NCBI GenBank assembly: GCA_964585225.1
Contig: CAZPCZ010000001.1
Location: 6,018-70,017, forward strand
Origin: an uncultured Gammaproteobacteria bacterium
Lineage (GTDB): Bacteria; Patescibacteriota; Patescibacteriia; JACPHY01
Length of the DNA: 64,000 nucleotides
Reading direction: 5' to 3'
Position 1 is the first letter of the stretch. Each line of letters starts with the position of its first letter. Made by a program: the position numbers and the translations under genes. The notes beneath the pieces were generated by a model. That model did not search any database and had not been told where the DNA came from. It worked only from the letters and a program-made list of their open reading frames with translations. Below, one piece after another: positions 46,396-56,376 of this stretch.

Positions 46396-47450
46396 ACCAA
46401 TCGCCCGCACTTCTTCACTGCCACGCCGAGCCGCGTGCTGAACGGGGCAGGGAGGATGCGCATGCCGATGCACGCCGCGCTCATTGCCGCAGCATGCGCC
46501 CGCTGCGCAATCGAACGCTCCGGCGTCACGCTGCAGGCCATGGCGTAGTAGGTCATCGGTTCCGCAACGCCGCCGAAGTGCACCTTTGATGCGTGGACGC
46601 TGCCGCTGACTGACGACTCACCCATATCGAGAAGCGGAATCCTGCGCGCGACGCATCGGCGGAGCGCTTCCCACATGAGGAGCTGCATCGGCGCGTACGC
46701 ATCGCTCCCCGGGAGCGCCGCGGCAAACGGGTAGACTGCACGACGCGGCCCGACACAGAGGAACATACCCGCGATGATCGCGCCGTCGCGCTCCACAATG
46801 TGAAGCTCCGTGTCGTGCGGACGCGCGGCGAGCACCATCGCGAAGAACTCCCGGGAGTGAATCGGCACACCCTTCGCGAGCATCCGCCGCGCGTAGCATC
46901 GATAGAACGCGTCAAGGTCTCCCGCGCGCCCCGCGCGCACCGTGCAGCCGGACCGCTCGGCGCGGCGAATCATGTTCCGCGTCTTGTTCCGCAGTGCGCT
47001 CCACATCTCCCCCCCCGAGGCCGCGATGGGCATCACGACGGTCTCCTTCTCTCGCGTCGCACCGGCAACCGCAAAATGCACCGGCCCGGACGTCACCAGT
47101 GCCGCAGGGATACGACGCGCGTCCGCCTCCGATCGCACCGCAGCGAGCAACGCCGCCGCAACCGCATCATCCATAGCAACGAGCCCGTACCGAAACGAGT
47201 AGAGCACGCCATCTCTGGCAACGTACGCCGGACAGCAACCGACGATCGCACCCGCGCGGTCGGTCGCGAGGAACCGTAACACCGGGATGCCATACACGGA
47301 CGCGATGGCATCGCACCAACCAAAGGAAACAAGCGCTGGTACCGACGCATGCACGTCGGCAAACACATCCCACGCCGCGGCATCCTCAGGCGCCGCGAGG
47401 CGAACGTCACACCGCGGGATCACTGTGTGGAGAGCGTCTGGAGCGCGCAC
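46392..47450 (-). CDS. FemAB/Acetyltransf_6 (GNAT-fold) family protein, putative aminoacyl/acyl transferase
   Basis: 352 aa. Duplicated GNAT-like halves. Family call is tentative. The N-terminus overlaps the ABC gene by about 31 nt. Confidence 0.45.
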   Translation of the reverse strand: MRAPDALHTVIPRCDVRLAAPEDAAAWDVFADVHASVPALVSFGWCDAIASVYGIPVLRFLATDRAGAIVGCCPAYVARDGVLYSFRYGLVAMDDAVAAALLAAVRSEADARRIPAALVTSGPVHFAVAGATREKETVVMPIAASGGEMWSALRNKTRNMIRRAERSGCTVRAGRAGDLDAFYRCYARRMLAKGVPIHSREFFAMVLAARPHDTELHIVERDGAIIAGMFLCVGPRRAVYPFAAALPGSDAYAPMQLLMWEALRRCVARRIPLLDMGESSVSGSVHASKVHFGGVAEPMTYYAMACSVTPERSIAQRAHAAAMSAACIGMRILPAPFSTRLGVAVKKCGRLV

Positions 47451-49204
47451 ATGGAGTGGAATTTCGATGCCGTGTTCCCGGCGAGCACATCGAATGTTCC
47501 CTCCTCGACGACACGCCCCCCGTCAATGACGTACACGTAGTCAGCACGCCGGATGGTGGAGAGGCGATGGGCGATGAGCACGATCGTCCGCTTCCCCGAG
47601 AGTCGCTCAATGTGCTGTCGGATGATCTCCTCGGATTCGGAATCGAGCGCGCTTGTCGCCTCGTCGAAAATGAGAATCTGCGGATCGCGAAACAGCTCCC
47701 GCGCAATCGCGATGCGCTGGCGCTGGCCGACGGAGAGCGCGATACCGCGATCACCAACTGGCTCGGAAAATTGTCCGGGGAGCCGATCAATGAAATCGCA
47801 CGACGCGTCGCGCGCGCGCCGACGGAGATCAGTGTCATTCGTCGCCGACCAGAACGCAATGTTCTGTGCAACCGTATCGTTGAACATGACGATCTCCTGC
47901 GCGACGTACCCCACCATCGCGCGGAGCGAATCGCGATCGAGCACGCGGTAGTCGGTTTCGTCAATCGCAACGCGTCCCGCGGAGGGTATGAGGACGCCGG
48001 TGAGGATATCCACGATCGTGGACTTGCCGCCACCGGAGGGGCCAACGAGCGCGACGGTCCGCCGTGCCGGGAATCGGAGCGAAACGCCCGCAAGCGCAGG
48101 ACGGTCGCCGTACGAAAAATGGACGTCCTCAAAACAAATCTCGCGCGCAACCGTCTCCACGCGCACCGCGCCGCGCGGCTCCGGATGTGCCGCTGCGGCC
48201 GTGAGCGCATCCTGCACCGTCCGGAGCGAACCGCTGCATCCCACGAACTTCTGCCAACTCGACTGGAGGACCAGAATGCGCATGAGCGTCCGGTAGAGGA
48301 GCAACGCGAGCACTGCAGTGGTGGCGAATGGATTTCCAATGAGCACGACGCTCCCGTAGAGGAGCGCGATGAGGACGAGGATGGCGAACGGCTCCGGCAG
48401 CGCCGCCATCGTCGCACCGACGACACCCATTCGGTACTGCGAATGCGTCATCCGTTCGATGATCGTCCGAAGTCGTTGCTCCATCATTGGAAATCGCGCC
48501 GTCGCTTTCAGGTACTTGAAGTGTTGGAGGAATTCGATGAGCTGATCCTGAAATCGGACATTTTCTCCCGAGAATTGGATCGAGTGCACACCCGCGAGAC
48601 CAACCCAATGTCGGAGGCCGACCATCGCAGCGATTCCGAATACCACCGCGATGCCGGTAATGCGTGGGTCGAGGAGAAATGAACCGGCGAGGTACACCGC
48701 AATGTACACGATGCTCACGAGGAGGAGACAGGCGTACGAGAATGCGCTCAAGAACGTCCAGAGCTCCCGCGTGAGCACGTTCGTGAGCGATCCGGTCGTC
48801 GTCTGTAAGTAGAACTCGCGGTATTCCGACGACGTCCACCCGTGCATAAGGCGTCTCGCGAGCGAACGGTAGAGATCCCGCGTGATCCGTTGAATCGCAA
48901 TCTGCTGGAGGACCGTGACCGAGAATTTCACGAGGAACACCACGGCGATCACGATGAGGAGTCGCGGGAGTGTTGTGAGTCGCAATGCGGTGAGCATCCC
49001 TCCGAACACCGACGGTGCGTGCCCAGCACCGCCCATTCCAACCGTGAGTTGCTCAAGCACGGGAAGGAACAATATGATCCCTACACCCTCGAAGAGGCCC
49101 GCGACGAGCATGAGCGGCGGGAGGAGCAGGATCCTCCCCCTCGCGAGGCGCGCGAAGGTGCGTACGGACGTACGCAGGATGGCGAAGGGAGTATCGGTAG
49201 TCAT
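47420..49204 (-). CDS. ABC transporter, fused permease/ATPase (MsbA/PglK-type lipid-linked glycan flippase/exporter)
   Basis: Six-TM domain followed by an NBD with Walker A GPSGGGKST, ABC signature LSVGQRQRIAIAR and Walker B ILIFDEATSALD. Start MTTDTPFAIL has an ATGA overlap. Confidence 0.9.
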   Translation of the reverse strand: MTTDTPFAILRTSVRTFARLARGRILLLPPLMLVAGLFEGVGIILFLPVLEQLTVGMGGAGHAPSVFGGMLTALRLTTLPRLLIVIAVVFLVKFSVTVLQQIAIQRITRDLYRSLARRLMHGWTSSEYREFYLQTTTGSLTNVLTRELWTFLSAFSYACLLLVSIVYIAVYLAGSFLLDPRITGIAVVFGIAAMVGLRHWVGLAGVHSIQFSGENVRFQDQLIEFLQHFKYLKATARFPMMEQRLRTIIERMTHSQYRMGVVGATMAALPEPFAILVLIALLYGSVVLIGNPFATTAVLALLLYRTLMRILVLQSSWQKFVGCSGSLRTVQDALTAAAAHPEPRGAVRVETVAREICFEDVHFSYGDRPALAGVSLRFPARRTVALVGPSGGGKSTIVDILTGVLIPSAGRVAIDETDYRVLDRDSLRAMVGYVAQEIVMFNDTVAQNIAFWSATNDTDLRRRARDASCDFIDRLPGQFSEPVGDRGIALSVGQRQRIAIARELFRDPQILIFDEATSALDSESEEIIRQHIERLSGKRTIVLIAHRLSTIRRADYVYVIDGGRVVEEGTFDVLAGNTASKFHSMCALQTLSTQ

Positions 49205-50799
49205 GCGTGGACACGGGTGAAGGAAGGCGCAGCCGCTGCCGGCACGCCGTCGCCCGATGGGTGCTCCACTCGCAGGGAGTCGATGAGCGTGCGGTAGCAC
49301 ACCTCCACCTCCCGCGCGGTCGCGGGCACGCGCTGCTTCGATGCGTAATCGCTCCACGAGAAATCGAATCCCGTCTGCTTCAATGCTGCGAGGAATCGGC
49401 GCCCATCACGCTGACGCTGTTCGCGTGCAACGGCGGTGTCGCCCGCGCAGAGTCGCGCGAGGAGTGGACGAAGTTCTAACCATGACCGGACGACGTGCAC
49501 GTGGGGGAGGAAGTTGTACAGGTTATGGAGACCAAATGAAATGACCGGTACGCCGAGTACGGCGGATTCGAGACCGAGCGTCCCCGTGATCACCGCGACC
49601 GCGCGTGCGCCGCGCGCCGTGTCGAGCGCGTACGCGTACGGCGAGAGCATGACGACGTTCGGGATGTCGAGGAGCGTCGCGTAGAAGTCGCGCGGGCGCC
49701 GGCCAACCGCAGCGAGGTGCTCCTTCACCACGAGCCGCACGCCCGCGGGGAGGTTCTTCGCGAGGAGCTCCACACACGCGAGCTGCTCGTTCATCTCCGG
49801 CGCCACCATGCCCATGGAGGACTCCGGCTCGACGTGGAGCGGGAAGAAGACGTACGGCTGCCGCTCGAGTTCGCGAGCATCCGCGAGCGGGAGCTGTGCC
49901 AGCTGCCGGAGATCGGCACGCGTACGGGCGAGGGACCGGAGCTGCTCCGTGAGTCGGTAGTTCCCCATCGTCACCACGCTCCGCGCGCGACGCGCCGCCA
50001 TCTGCCGGATCTGTTGGAAGGACTTCTGGAGGAACACTGGGAACGATATTTGTCGCGCAAACGTCCGGTAGTACGCGTCCGTGAACGGAAGGCGACGCAT
50101 CGCGGCGAGCTCTGCATCAGGAACGATTACCTTTGCTTCAGCGTCAGTGAGCGCAGCGTAGCGGTTCTGCACCGCTGGTACCGAATAGTACTCATCGATG
50201 CACCACGCATGGTACGCCTGGTAGTACAGGAGGAGGAGCGCGCGCATCGGGATCTTCCGATGCTGTGCGATGACCGAGCAGAGCTTGCCGAGGATGCCGC
50301 TCGTGTTCCCGATGACGAGTGACGGCTGCACGCGGTCGAAGTACTCCTCCCAGAACCGCACGACGCCATTGAAGAGGTGGACGGATTTCGCGTACGTCGC
50401 CTGGTCACTGAGATGAGACCGCGGATGCCCTGGCCCAGCAGCGGCGAATCCGCGGCCGAGGTGACGATCCGTCTGGAGCACATCGACGACGTACGTCCCG
50501 TAGTGCTCCTCGTACGCGCGTGCGATCGCGAATACCTGCACGTCATTCGGTGGTGTTCCGTACTCGCGGAAGAAGTGATTGGTGGTCGTGAATGAATCGA
50601 CCACCGCATCTCCACCCTGCCGCTTCCAGAACGCAACGCTCGAGTCATTCGTCGTCACGAAATGAATCGCCGCCCCATGGCGACGCTTGAGCTCCCGCGC
50701 GAGCGGTATCCAGAGCCACAGGTGGTTCGTGTACCCCCAGATGACGACGCTCCGCAGTTGTTCACCCCTTCCACTCCTCACGGAGGATGCCGTACTCAT
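49201..50799 (-). CDS. Capsule-polysaccharide-synthesis family protein (KpsC/KpsS/LpsZ-like, retaining glycosyltransferase candidate)
   Basis: YVFFPLHVEPESS ... RLVVKEHLAAVGRRPRDFY ... NVVML blocks resemble Pfam Capsule_synth. Start MSTASS chosen; alternative at 50853. Confidence 0.5.
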   Translation of the reverse strand: MSTASSVRSGRGEQLRSVVIWGYTNHLWLWIPLARELKRRHGAAIHFVTTNDSSVAFWKRQGGDAVVDSFTTTNHFFREYGTPPNDVQVFAIARAYEEHYGTYVVDVLQTDRHLGRGFAAAGPGHPRSHLSDQATYAKSVHLFNGVVRFWEEYFDRVQPSLVIGNTSGILGKLCSVIAQHRKIPMRALLLLYYQAYHAWCIDEYYSVPAVQNRYAALTDAEAKVIVPDAELAAMRRLPFTDAYYRTFARQISFPVFLQKSFQQIRQMAARRARSVVTMGNYRLTEQLRSLARTRADLRQLAQLPLADARELERQPYVFFPLHVEPESSMGMVAPEMNEQLACVELLAKNLPAGVRLVVKEHLAAVGRRPRDFYATLLDIPNVVMLSPYAYALDTARGARAVAVITGTLGLESAVLGVPVISFGLHNLYNFLPHVHVVRSWLELRPLLARLCAGDTAVAREQRQRDGRRFLAALKQTGFDFSWSDYASKQRVPATAREVEVCYRTLIDSLRVEHPSGDGVPAAAAPSFTRVHA

Positions 50800-51394
50800 A
50801 CATATCCACGTACTTCCCAAGCTTGTACATTGCCTTCCGCCGCACCCCCTCACGCTGCATCCCGAGCTTTCCCGCGAGCTTCTGCATCGCGATGTTCTCA
50901 GCGGATGTCCCGCAGTAGATACGGACGAGATTCAGTCGCTCGAAGGCGTACGCAATGACGAGCTGCCCGGCCTCGAACCCGAACCCCTTCCCTCCGTGCT
51001 CGTGCCCAATGATGAACGCGATCTCCACGCTCCGCGCAATCCAATCAATCGCTTGGAGCGAAACGTTCCCCACGTGACGGTCGCTCTCCCGCTCAACGAT
51101 CGCGAAGATGACGAGGTCGCCGCCCGCTTGTGCGCGCTCGAGGTACTCGCGCATCCGACGTTCCGTATTTGGGAACATCGCATGGGAGTTGTACCGACAC
51201 GTCTCCGGGTCATTGAACCACTGGAAGTACGAACCCGCGAGGTCACGCTCCTCAAGCCCGCGGAGGTAGATGCACTCACCAATGAGGAACGGGCGGTGCA
51301 TCGGGCGCGCATCGCTCCCCGAGACCGCCACCGCAGCCTGGGACGCACCGCCGTGCGGAGGAGTGAAAGGCATACGCAGGTTCACGCGCGTCAT
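50762..51394 (-). CDS. GNAT N-acetyltransferase (RimJ/RimL-like)
   Basis: ...IGHEHGGKGFGFEA... acetyl-CoA binding motif A. ATGA overlap with the DegT stop. Confidence 0.75.
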   Translation of the reverse strand: MTRVNLRMPFTPPHGGASQAAVAVSGSDARPMHRPFLIGECIYLRGLEERDLAGSYFQWFNDPETCRYNSHAMFPNTERRMREYLERAQAGGDLVIFAIVERESDRHVGNVSLQAIDWIARSVEIAFIIGHEHGGKGFGFEAGQLVIAYAFERLNLVRIYCGTSAENIAMQKLAGKLGMQREGVRRKAMYKLGKYVDMYEYGILREEWKG

Positions 51395-52719
51395 TGCTCA
51401 AACGCCATCGCTTGCACCGCAAGCGCGGTGCGGTGCTCCCACACCTTCTCGAACGCCGCAACGATATCATCGAGGTCGGCACGCGACAACCCCGGATGCA
51501 TGAGCTCACTGATGAAGAGCTCGTCACCGTAGAGGCGCTCCGCGACCGGACAGCTCTCCGGTTCATACGACGCGAGCGCACTCGGCTGTGCCAGCGTGAA
51601 GGGGTACCCGTGCCGTCCAATCGCGACGCGCTGCTGGAACATCGGCTGGAGGTAGAGGGGTTTCGTGTACCCGGGCCACATCCGCACGCCGAGATCCTCA
51701 TGGTGCTCGGTCGGTGTGAGCTCGGCAACCACCGCGGCGAGGAATGTGTCGCGCGGACACCCCGCGATGTCGCTCCGGAACCGAAACGCGTGCTCGTAGA
51801 ACACATGCGTTGCGCTGGGGCGCACGCGCGGCGGCGTGAGCGCGGGGATGCGCCCGAGGCGCTCCGCGAGGTACGCGCAGTTCCGGAGACGCTCCGCCAC
51901 GAACCCATCCAGCTTCCGAAGCTGGCACCGACTGATCGCCGCCTCGACTTCGGTCATGCGGATGTTGAATCCGACCATGTTCGTGAGGTCCGTGACGCCC
52001 TTGTCACCCACCACCGCCTCCGCATGGTTACGAATGAGCCGAACGCGATCCGCGAGCCGATCGTCGTTCGTGACCACCATGCCGCCCTCCCCCGATTGGA
52101 TGTGCTTGTGGCAATTCAGAGAGAACACGCCGATGTCGCCGAGCGTACCCGCGCACGTGCCGTCATCGCGCGCACCCGGAGCCTGGGCGGCATCCTCGAT
52201 GACCACGAGACCATTCGCACGTGCGAGCGCATTGATCGCCGTCGAATCGTATGGCTGTCCGAAGAGATCCACGACGATGATCGCTTTGGTGCGGTCAGTA
52301 ATCCGCGACTGTACCGATACAGGATCGAGACAAAAGTACTCCGACTCGACGTCCGCGAATACCGGAATGCCGCCGTAGAAGAGCGGCGCGGTCGCCGACG
52401 CGCTCATGGTGTACGGCGACACGATCACCTCGTCACCCGGGCTGATCCCCGCAGCGCCGGCTGCTGCGATGAGGCCGGATGTCGCAGAGTTCACTGCAAT
52501 CGCGTGCTTGATGTGGAAGTACGCGGCCCACTCCTCTTCGAGCGCGCGTACCTCCGGTCCGCCGTAGAATCGCGGATCCCACGAACCAAGGAAGCCGGAC
52601 AGGATGCCGCGGTCGAGCACGCGGGCAACGGCCTCCTGCTCTTCGCGCCCAATGGTGCGGTGGTCAGGGAACGGTGCTGTACGGACCCGCGGTCCGCCGT
52701 GGATTGCGAGCGTACGCAT
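51391..52719 (-). CDS. DegT/DnrJ/EryC1/StrS-family PLP-dependent sugar aminotransferase
   Basis: Start MRTLAIHGGPRV. ...AIAVNSATSGL..., SLNCHKHI (PLP lysine region). About 440 aa with a longer C-terminus than typical. Confidence 0.8.
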   Translation of the reverse strand: MRTLAIHGGPRVRTAPFPDHRTIGREEQEAVARVLDRGILSGFLGSWDPRFYGGPEVRALEEEWAAYFHIKHAIAVNSATSGLIAAAGAAGISPGDEVIVSPYTMSASATAPLFYGGIPVFADVESEYFCLDPVSVQSRITDRTKAIIVVDLFGQPYDSTAINALARANGLVVIEDAAQAPGARDDGTCAGTLGDIGVFSLNCHKHIQSGEGGMVVTNDDRLADRVRLIRNHAEAVVGDKGVTDLTNMVGFNIRMTEVEAAISRCQLRKLDGFVAERLRNCAYLAERLGRIPALTPPRVRPSATHVFYEHAFRFRSDIAGCPRDTFLAAVVAELTPTEHHEDLGVRMWPGYTKPLYLQPMFQQRVAIGRHGYPFTLAQPSALASYEPESCPVAERLYGDELFISELMHPGLSRADLDDIVAAFEKVWEHRTALAVQAMAFEQ

Positions 52720-52729
52720 ATCGTCGTGC

Positions 52730-53758
52730 TCATCGTGACGATCGTCGGGGCAGAACGACGCGCTTCCCGTCCTTCCGCGCACTCTGCTCGAGTGCATGGA
52801 TCACCTCGAGCGCGCGGAGCGCATCCTCTCCCGTGCTGACCGGCGCATCGCGCCCCTCCAAGCAATCCACGATGTGCGGGAGCACAGGTTTCAGGAAGCT
52901 CCGCGGCGCACCGAAATGCTTGATCCGTTCGTAGTTCAATTCTCGATAACTGGAGTACTCATCGCTCGCGCGGGTGCCAATGACCTCGATGTCGAGTCCC
53001 GACTCGTGCTTCAAGTTCATCCTCCCCTTCTCGCCGAGGAAGCTGACCTCCGAGAGGCAGTACTCGCGCGAATCGAAGTACTGCAACGCCGCAGTGGCAC
53101 CATCGAATCCCAAGAGTGCGTCCACGCGGACATCGTGCGGGTCTTTCGGGAACACGGTATTGGTCACCGCGCTCACCCAGCGTACCTCACCGAGGAAGAA
53201 GCGCAGGAGATCAATGAAATGCGTGCCACCATGGTACAGCCCCTTATCGTACGATGCAATCGCCGAACGCACGGCGCCGAGGAAGGTATCGTGCACGTAC
53301 CCGCCACGGAGGTTCTCCCAGAATTTTCTGATCCACGGATCAAACCGACGGCCATGGTTTACGAAGAGGAGCACCCTGTGTTTCCGGCAATGGCGAACGG
53401 CCTCGCGGGCTTCTCGCACATTGTGCGAAATTGGTTTCTCGCAGAGGATTGCCTTCACCTTTCGCTTCGCGGCGAGCGTCACGAGCGCGCAGTGCGACTC
53501 CGGCATCGTTGCAATGATGACGATGTCCGGATGCGCCTCCTCCAGCATCTGCGCGATGTCGGAAAAGCGCGGCACATTCGGGTAGAGCCGCTTCGCACGT
53601 GCGAGCGAGCGCACATCTGTATCTGCGAACGCCGCGAGTCTCACGCGCCGGTACGACGCTGCGGCCTGCGCATGGCTCGCGGGTGGGACACGCAACGGAT
53701 CAAGCTGGGCGCCCAACCCAATCCACCCGCATCCGATGATCGCGACCTTGTACTTCAT
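52730..53758 (-). CDS. Gfo/Idh/MocA-family NAD(P)-dependent oxidoreductase (sugar dehydrogenase)
   Basis: MKYKVAIIGCGWIG Rossmann motif. ...LCEKP... motif. ATGA overlap with the cytidylyltransferase stop. Confidence 0.8.
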   Translation of the reverse strand: MKYKVAIIGCGWIGLGAQLDPLRVPPASHAQAAASYRRVRLAAFADTDVRSLARAKRLYPNVPRFSDIAQMLEEAHPDIVIIATMPESHCALVTLAAKRKVKAILCEKPISHNVREAREAVRHCRKHRVLLFVNHGRRFDPWIRKFWENLRGGYVHDTFLGAVRSAIASYDKGLYHGGTHFIDLLRFFLGEVRWVSAVTNTVFPKDPHDVRVDALLGFDGATAALQYFDSREYCLSEVSFLGEKGRMNLKHESGLDIEVIGTRASDEYSSYRELNYERIKHFGAPRSFLKPVLPHIVDCLEGRDAPVSTGEDALRALEVIHALEQSARKDGKRVVLPRRSSR

Positions 53759-54537
53759 GCTCTCTCTGTCGTGTACCCGACACGATTGATCTGCTGGCGC
53801 TGTGCGCGAAGAAAAATCTCCGGCTCTCGGTCGGCGAATGTGAGGAGGTCGTCGAGATCGAACCGCGGGTTCTGTGGGTGCAACCGTGCGTAGATCGCTC
53901 GCATGATGGCGAGGTCCGTCGGTGTATCGAGGAGGAGCTCGAGGTTCGGACGGTGGTACCTCGGCGGTGCGGTGTAGTGGTAGATCGAGAACGCGTTGGG
54001 GTGGTTTCGAATGAAGTAGTTCACGTGCTCGAAGTTGTTACGGTCGCTCCGGTACGGCTCCTCCTGAGCCATCGCGTACGCGCGCTGGAGCGCGGGAAAA
54101 CGGACGACCTGGACGTCAATGCCCGGTGGGAACGTATCCTCGAGGCAGTTCGAGAGGAGATCGCACCCGCGTTCGAAAAACAGCGCGATGCCAGCATCAA
54201 GGATCATCGGAGAGATGCACGAGCAGTCGCCGGTCACGAGCACGAGCACATCCGCACCCGCGAACGCCCCGGCGCCCACGACCCGCCCGAGTACGTCATC
54301 CTCGCTCCCCCGGAACGCGCGCACGCCGAACCGATCGGCGATGGCGACGATCGCACCATCGCGGGCCTCCGTGCTCGTGGCGACCACGACCTCATCAATG
54401 CGCGGGGCAGCACGTACGCGCTGAATTACCGCTCCGAGTGCCGGGAGTCCCGGCGCGAGCTCAAGCGCCATCTTCCCCGGGAGCCGCGTCGCCCCCATCC
54501 GCGCTTCAATGGTCGCCACGACCCGCTGCCGCTGCAT
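53755..54537 (-). CDS. Cytidylyltransferase (CMP-nonulosonate / SpsF-NeuA-like, CTP_transf_3)
   Basis: Start MQRQRVVATIEARMGATRLPGK (signature ARMGSTRLPGK). The ORF-track N-terminal 80 aa are S/R-rich shadow sequence and were rejected. Overlaps the AsnB stop by about 32 nt. Confidence 0.75.
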   Translation of the reverse strand: MQRQRVVATIEARMGATRLPGKMALELAPGLPALGAVIQRVRAAPRIDEVVVATSTEARDGAIVAIADRFGVRAFRGSEDDVLGRVVGAGAFAGADVLVLVTGDCSCISPMILDAGIALFFERGCDLLSNCLEDTFPPGIDVQVVRFPALQRAYAMAQEEPYRSDRNNFEHVNYFIRNHPNAFSIYHYTAPPRYHRPNLELLLDTPTDLAIMRAIYARLHPQNPRFDLDDLLTFADREPEIFLRAQRQQINRVGYTTERA

Positions 54538-56362
54538 ACTCCCGCACGTGCTCCTCGAGGAACATCCGCGCATTGATGACGTTGAATAGGAACTTGCTCG
54601 TGCTGTTCGGCAACGGCTGTGCATCGAGGAGCTCCGCGACCGCGTGGCGGTCAACGTAGTCGAAAATGCTGCCGGGACCGAGGATGCGTTCGCGGACCGT
54701 ACGATCGCGAAGGTCCACGAGTGACGTGAGTGAGGCGTTGAACCCCTTCTTCCGACGGTCCAAGCGCACACGCTCATTCAGTGTACCGCGCATCGCCTCG
54801 CGAAGCCCGTACTTTCCGTATCCGTCCCGAATGAGATGTTCGCTCGGAATCGAGTACGCGAAGTCGCACAACCGCGAATCCAGGTATGGGCTCCGGTTCT
54901 CAATCGAGTAGTACATGGAGTTCAAATCGTCCTCGTGGAGGATCACTGGAATCACCTCGTGGAACAGCTCGTTGAGCATGCGATTCCGGAGAAGCGACGC
55001 GCAGAATGTGTGCTCGGTGAACTGCTCGCGGAAGTCCACGGTCAGGTACTGTGCGAATCGGTCACGTTCGTCGTAGACGTGATCTCGAAAATTCGGATTC
55101 GCGGTATAGAGGTTGGGATTCTGTAAGAGTGGATTGCGCACCATCGGTACGACGTGCGCGGCGAAGGCACTGCGGGCGTTGGCGTACTCCGAATGATGGC
55201 GCATCTCGTAGAGGTGGAGCAGGAAGTGATCGTAGTACCCCGTCACCAATTCGTCCGCTCCAGTTCCGGAGATCGCGACGCGGTAGCCGGCGCGTGCAAT
55301 GGCCTCGGAGAGGTACGAGTGGACGAAGTAGGAAATCGTCGCGACCGGTGCATCATGGTAGCGGATGAGCTGTTCGAGGCGTTCAAAGAACCCCGGCTGC
55401 GGGAACGGGATAGCGGTGTGCTGGCAGTGCACATCGTCCACCGTCGCACGGATGTTCTCCTCCTCATTGTAGCGCTCGTCGCGATCAATGACCGAGAACG
55501 TCGCGACGTGGTACCCAAACTCCTTCGCGGCGATGGAGACGAGCGATGCCGAGTCCACGCCACCGCTCAGACAGAACGCGAGCGGCACGTCTGCGCGCAA
55601 GCGGATGCGCATGCTCTCGATGAGGCGCGTACGAAATCCCTCCACCACATCCGCGAACGTCATGTCCTGCGGCGCGACCGGTGGGCTCCAGTACCGGTAT
55701 GAACGAACCGTCCCGTCCGCACGCACGATCACGTTCGTCGCGTACGGAACCTCCCGGACACCAAGGAAGAACGTATCGCTCCCCTTGTGGAGCGATTTGT
55801 ACCCATTCACGAGGTACCGGAGCAGATGCTGCGTGTTCACGCCAAGCGATTGGCCGGAGAGCGCCGCGAGGAACTTGATTTCGGAGCCGAAGGTAATGCC
55901 ATCTGTGGTCTCCAGGAGGTAGAGCGGCTTCTCGCCGAACCGATCGCGGGAAAGGAACACAGTCTGCGACCACGCATCGTGGATCGCGAACGCCCACATG
56001 CCCTCGAAATCGTTCACGCATGCCTCACCGTGCGCGAGGTACGACTGGAGGAGCACCTCGGTGTCTGAGGTTGTACGAAACGTCACCCCACGCTCCTCGA
56101 GACGTTTTCGGAGTTCCACGTAGTTGTAGATCTCCCCATTGAACACGATCGTGCGCCCGTCGATCGTCATCGGCTGGTGGGAACGCGGATCGAGATCAAT
56201 GATGCTCAACCGCGAGTGGAGGAGCACGCCAGAGCGATCGCCGATCCGAACGCGAAGGAATCGCTGCGCATCCGGACCGCGACGCTCCATGAGGCGGAGC
56301 GTCGCTGCGATCCGTTCCTCATCCGGTGGTCGTGTGCCGACGTAGCCAGCGATTCCGCACAT
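54506..56362 (-). CDS. Asparagine synthetase (glutamine-hydrolysing) family amidotransferase
   Basis: Start MCGIAGYVG (Cys2 nucleophile). SGGVDSAS PP-loop. 618 aa. Confidence 0.9.
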   Translation of the reverse strand: MCGIAGYVGTRPPDEERIAATLRLMERRGPDAQRFLRVRIGDRSGVLLHSRLSIIDLDPRSHQPMTIDGRTIVFNGEIYNYVELRKRLEERGVTFRTTSDTEVLLQSYLAHGEACVNDFEGMWAFAIHDAWSQTVFLSRDRFGEKPLYLLETTDGITFGSEIKFLAALSGQSLGVNTQHLLRYLVNGYKSLHKGSDTFFLGVREVPYATNVIVRADGTVRSYRYWSPPVAPQDMTFADVVEGFRTRLIESMRIRLRADVPLAFCLSGGVDSASLVSIAAKEFGYHVATFSVIDRDERYNEEENIRATVDDVHCQHTAIPFPQPGFFERLEQLIRYHDAPVATISYFVHSYLSEAIARAGYRVAISGTGADELVTGYYDHFLLHLYEMRHHSEYANARSAFAAHVVPMVRNPLLQNPNLYTANPNFRDHVYDERDRFAQYLTVDFREQFTEHTFCASLLRNRMLNELFHEVIPVILHEDDLNSMYYSIENRSPYLDSRLCDFAYSIPSEHLIRDGYGKYGLREAMRGTLNERVRLDRRKKGFNASLTSLVDLRDRTVRERILGPGSIFDYVDRHAVAELLDAQPLPNSTSKFLFNVINARMFLEEHVREYAAAAGRGDH

Positions 56363-56376
56363 ACTGCTCGCTTCAC

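Noticed and set aside
47456-48839. Plus ORF 47456..48682 and minus ORF 48129..48839
   Set aside because: Overlap the ABC transporter in other frames. The ABC frame has Walker A/B and signature motifs.
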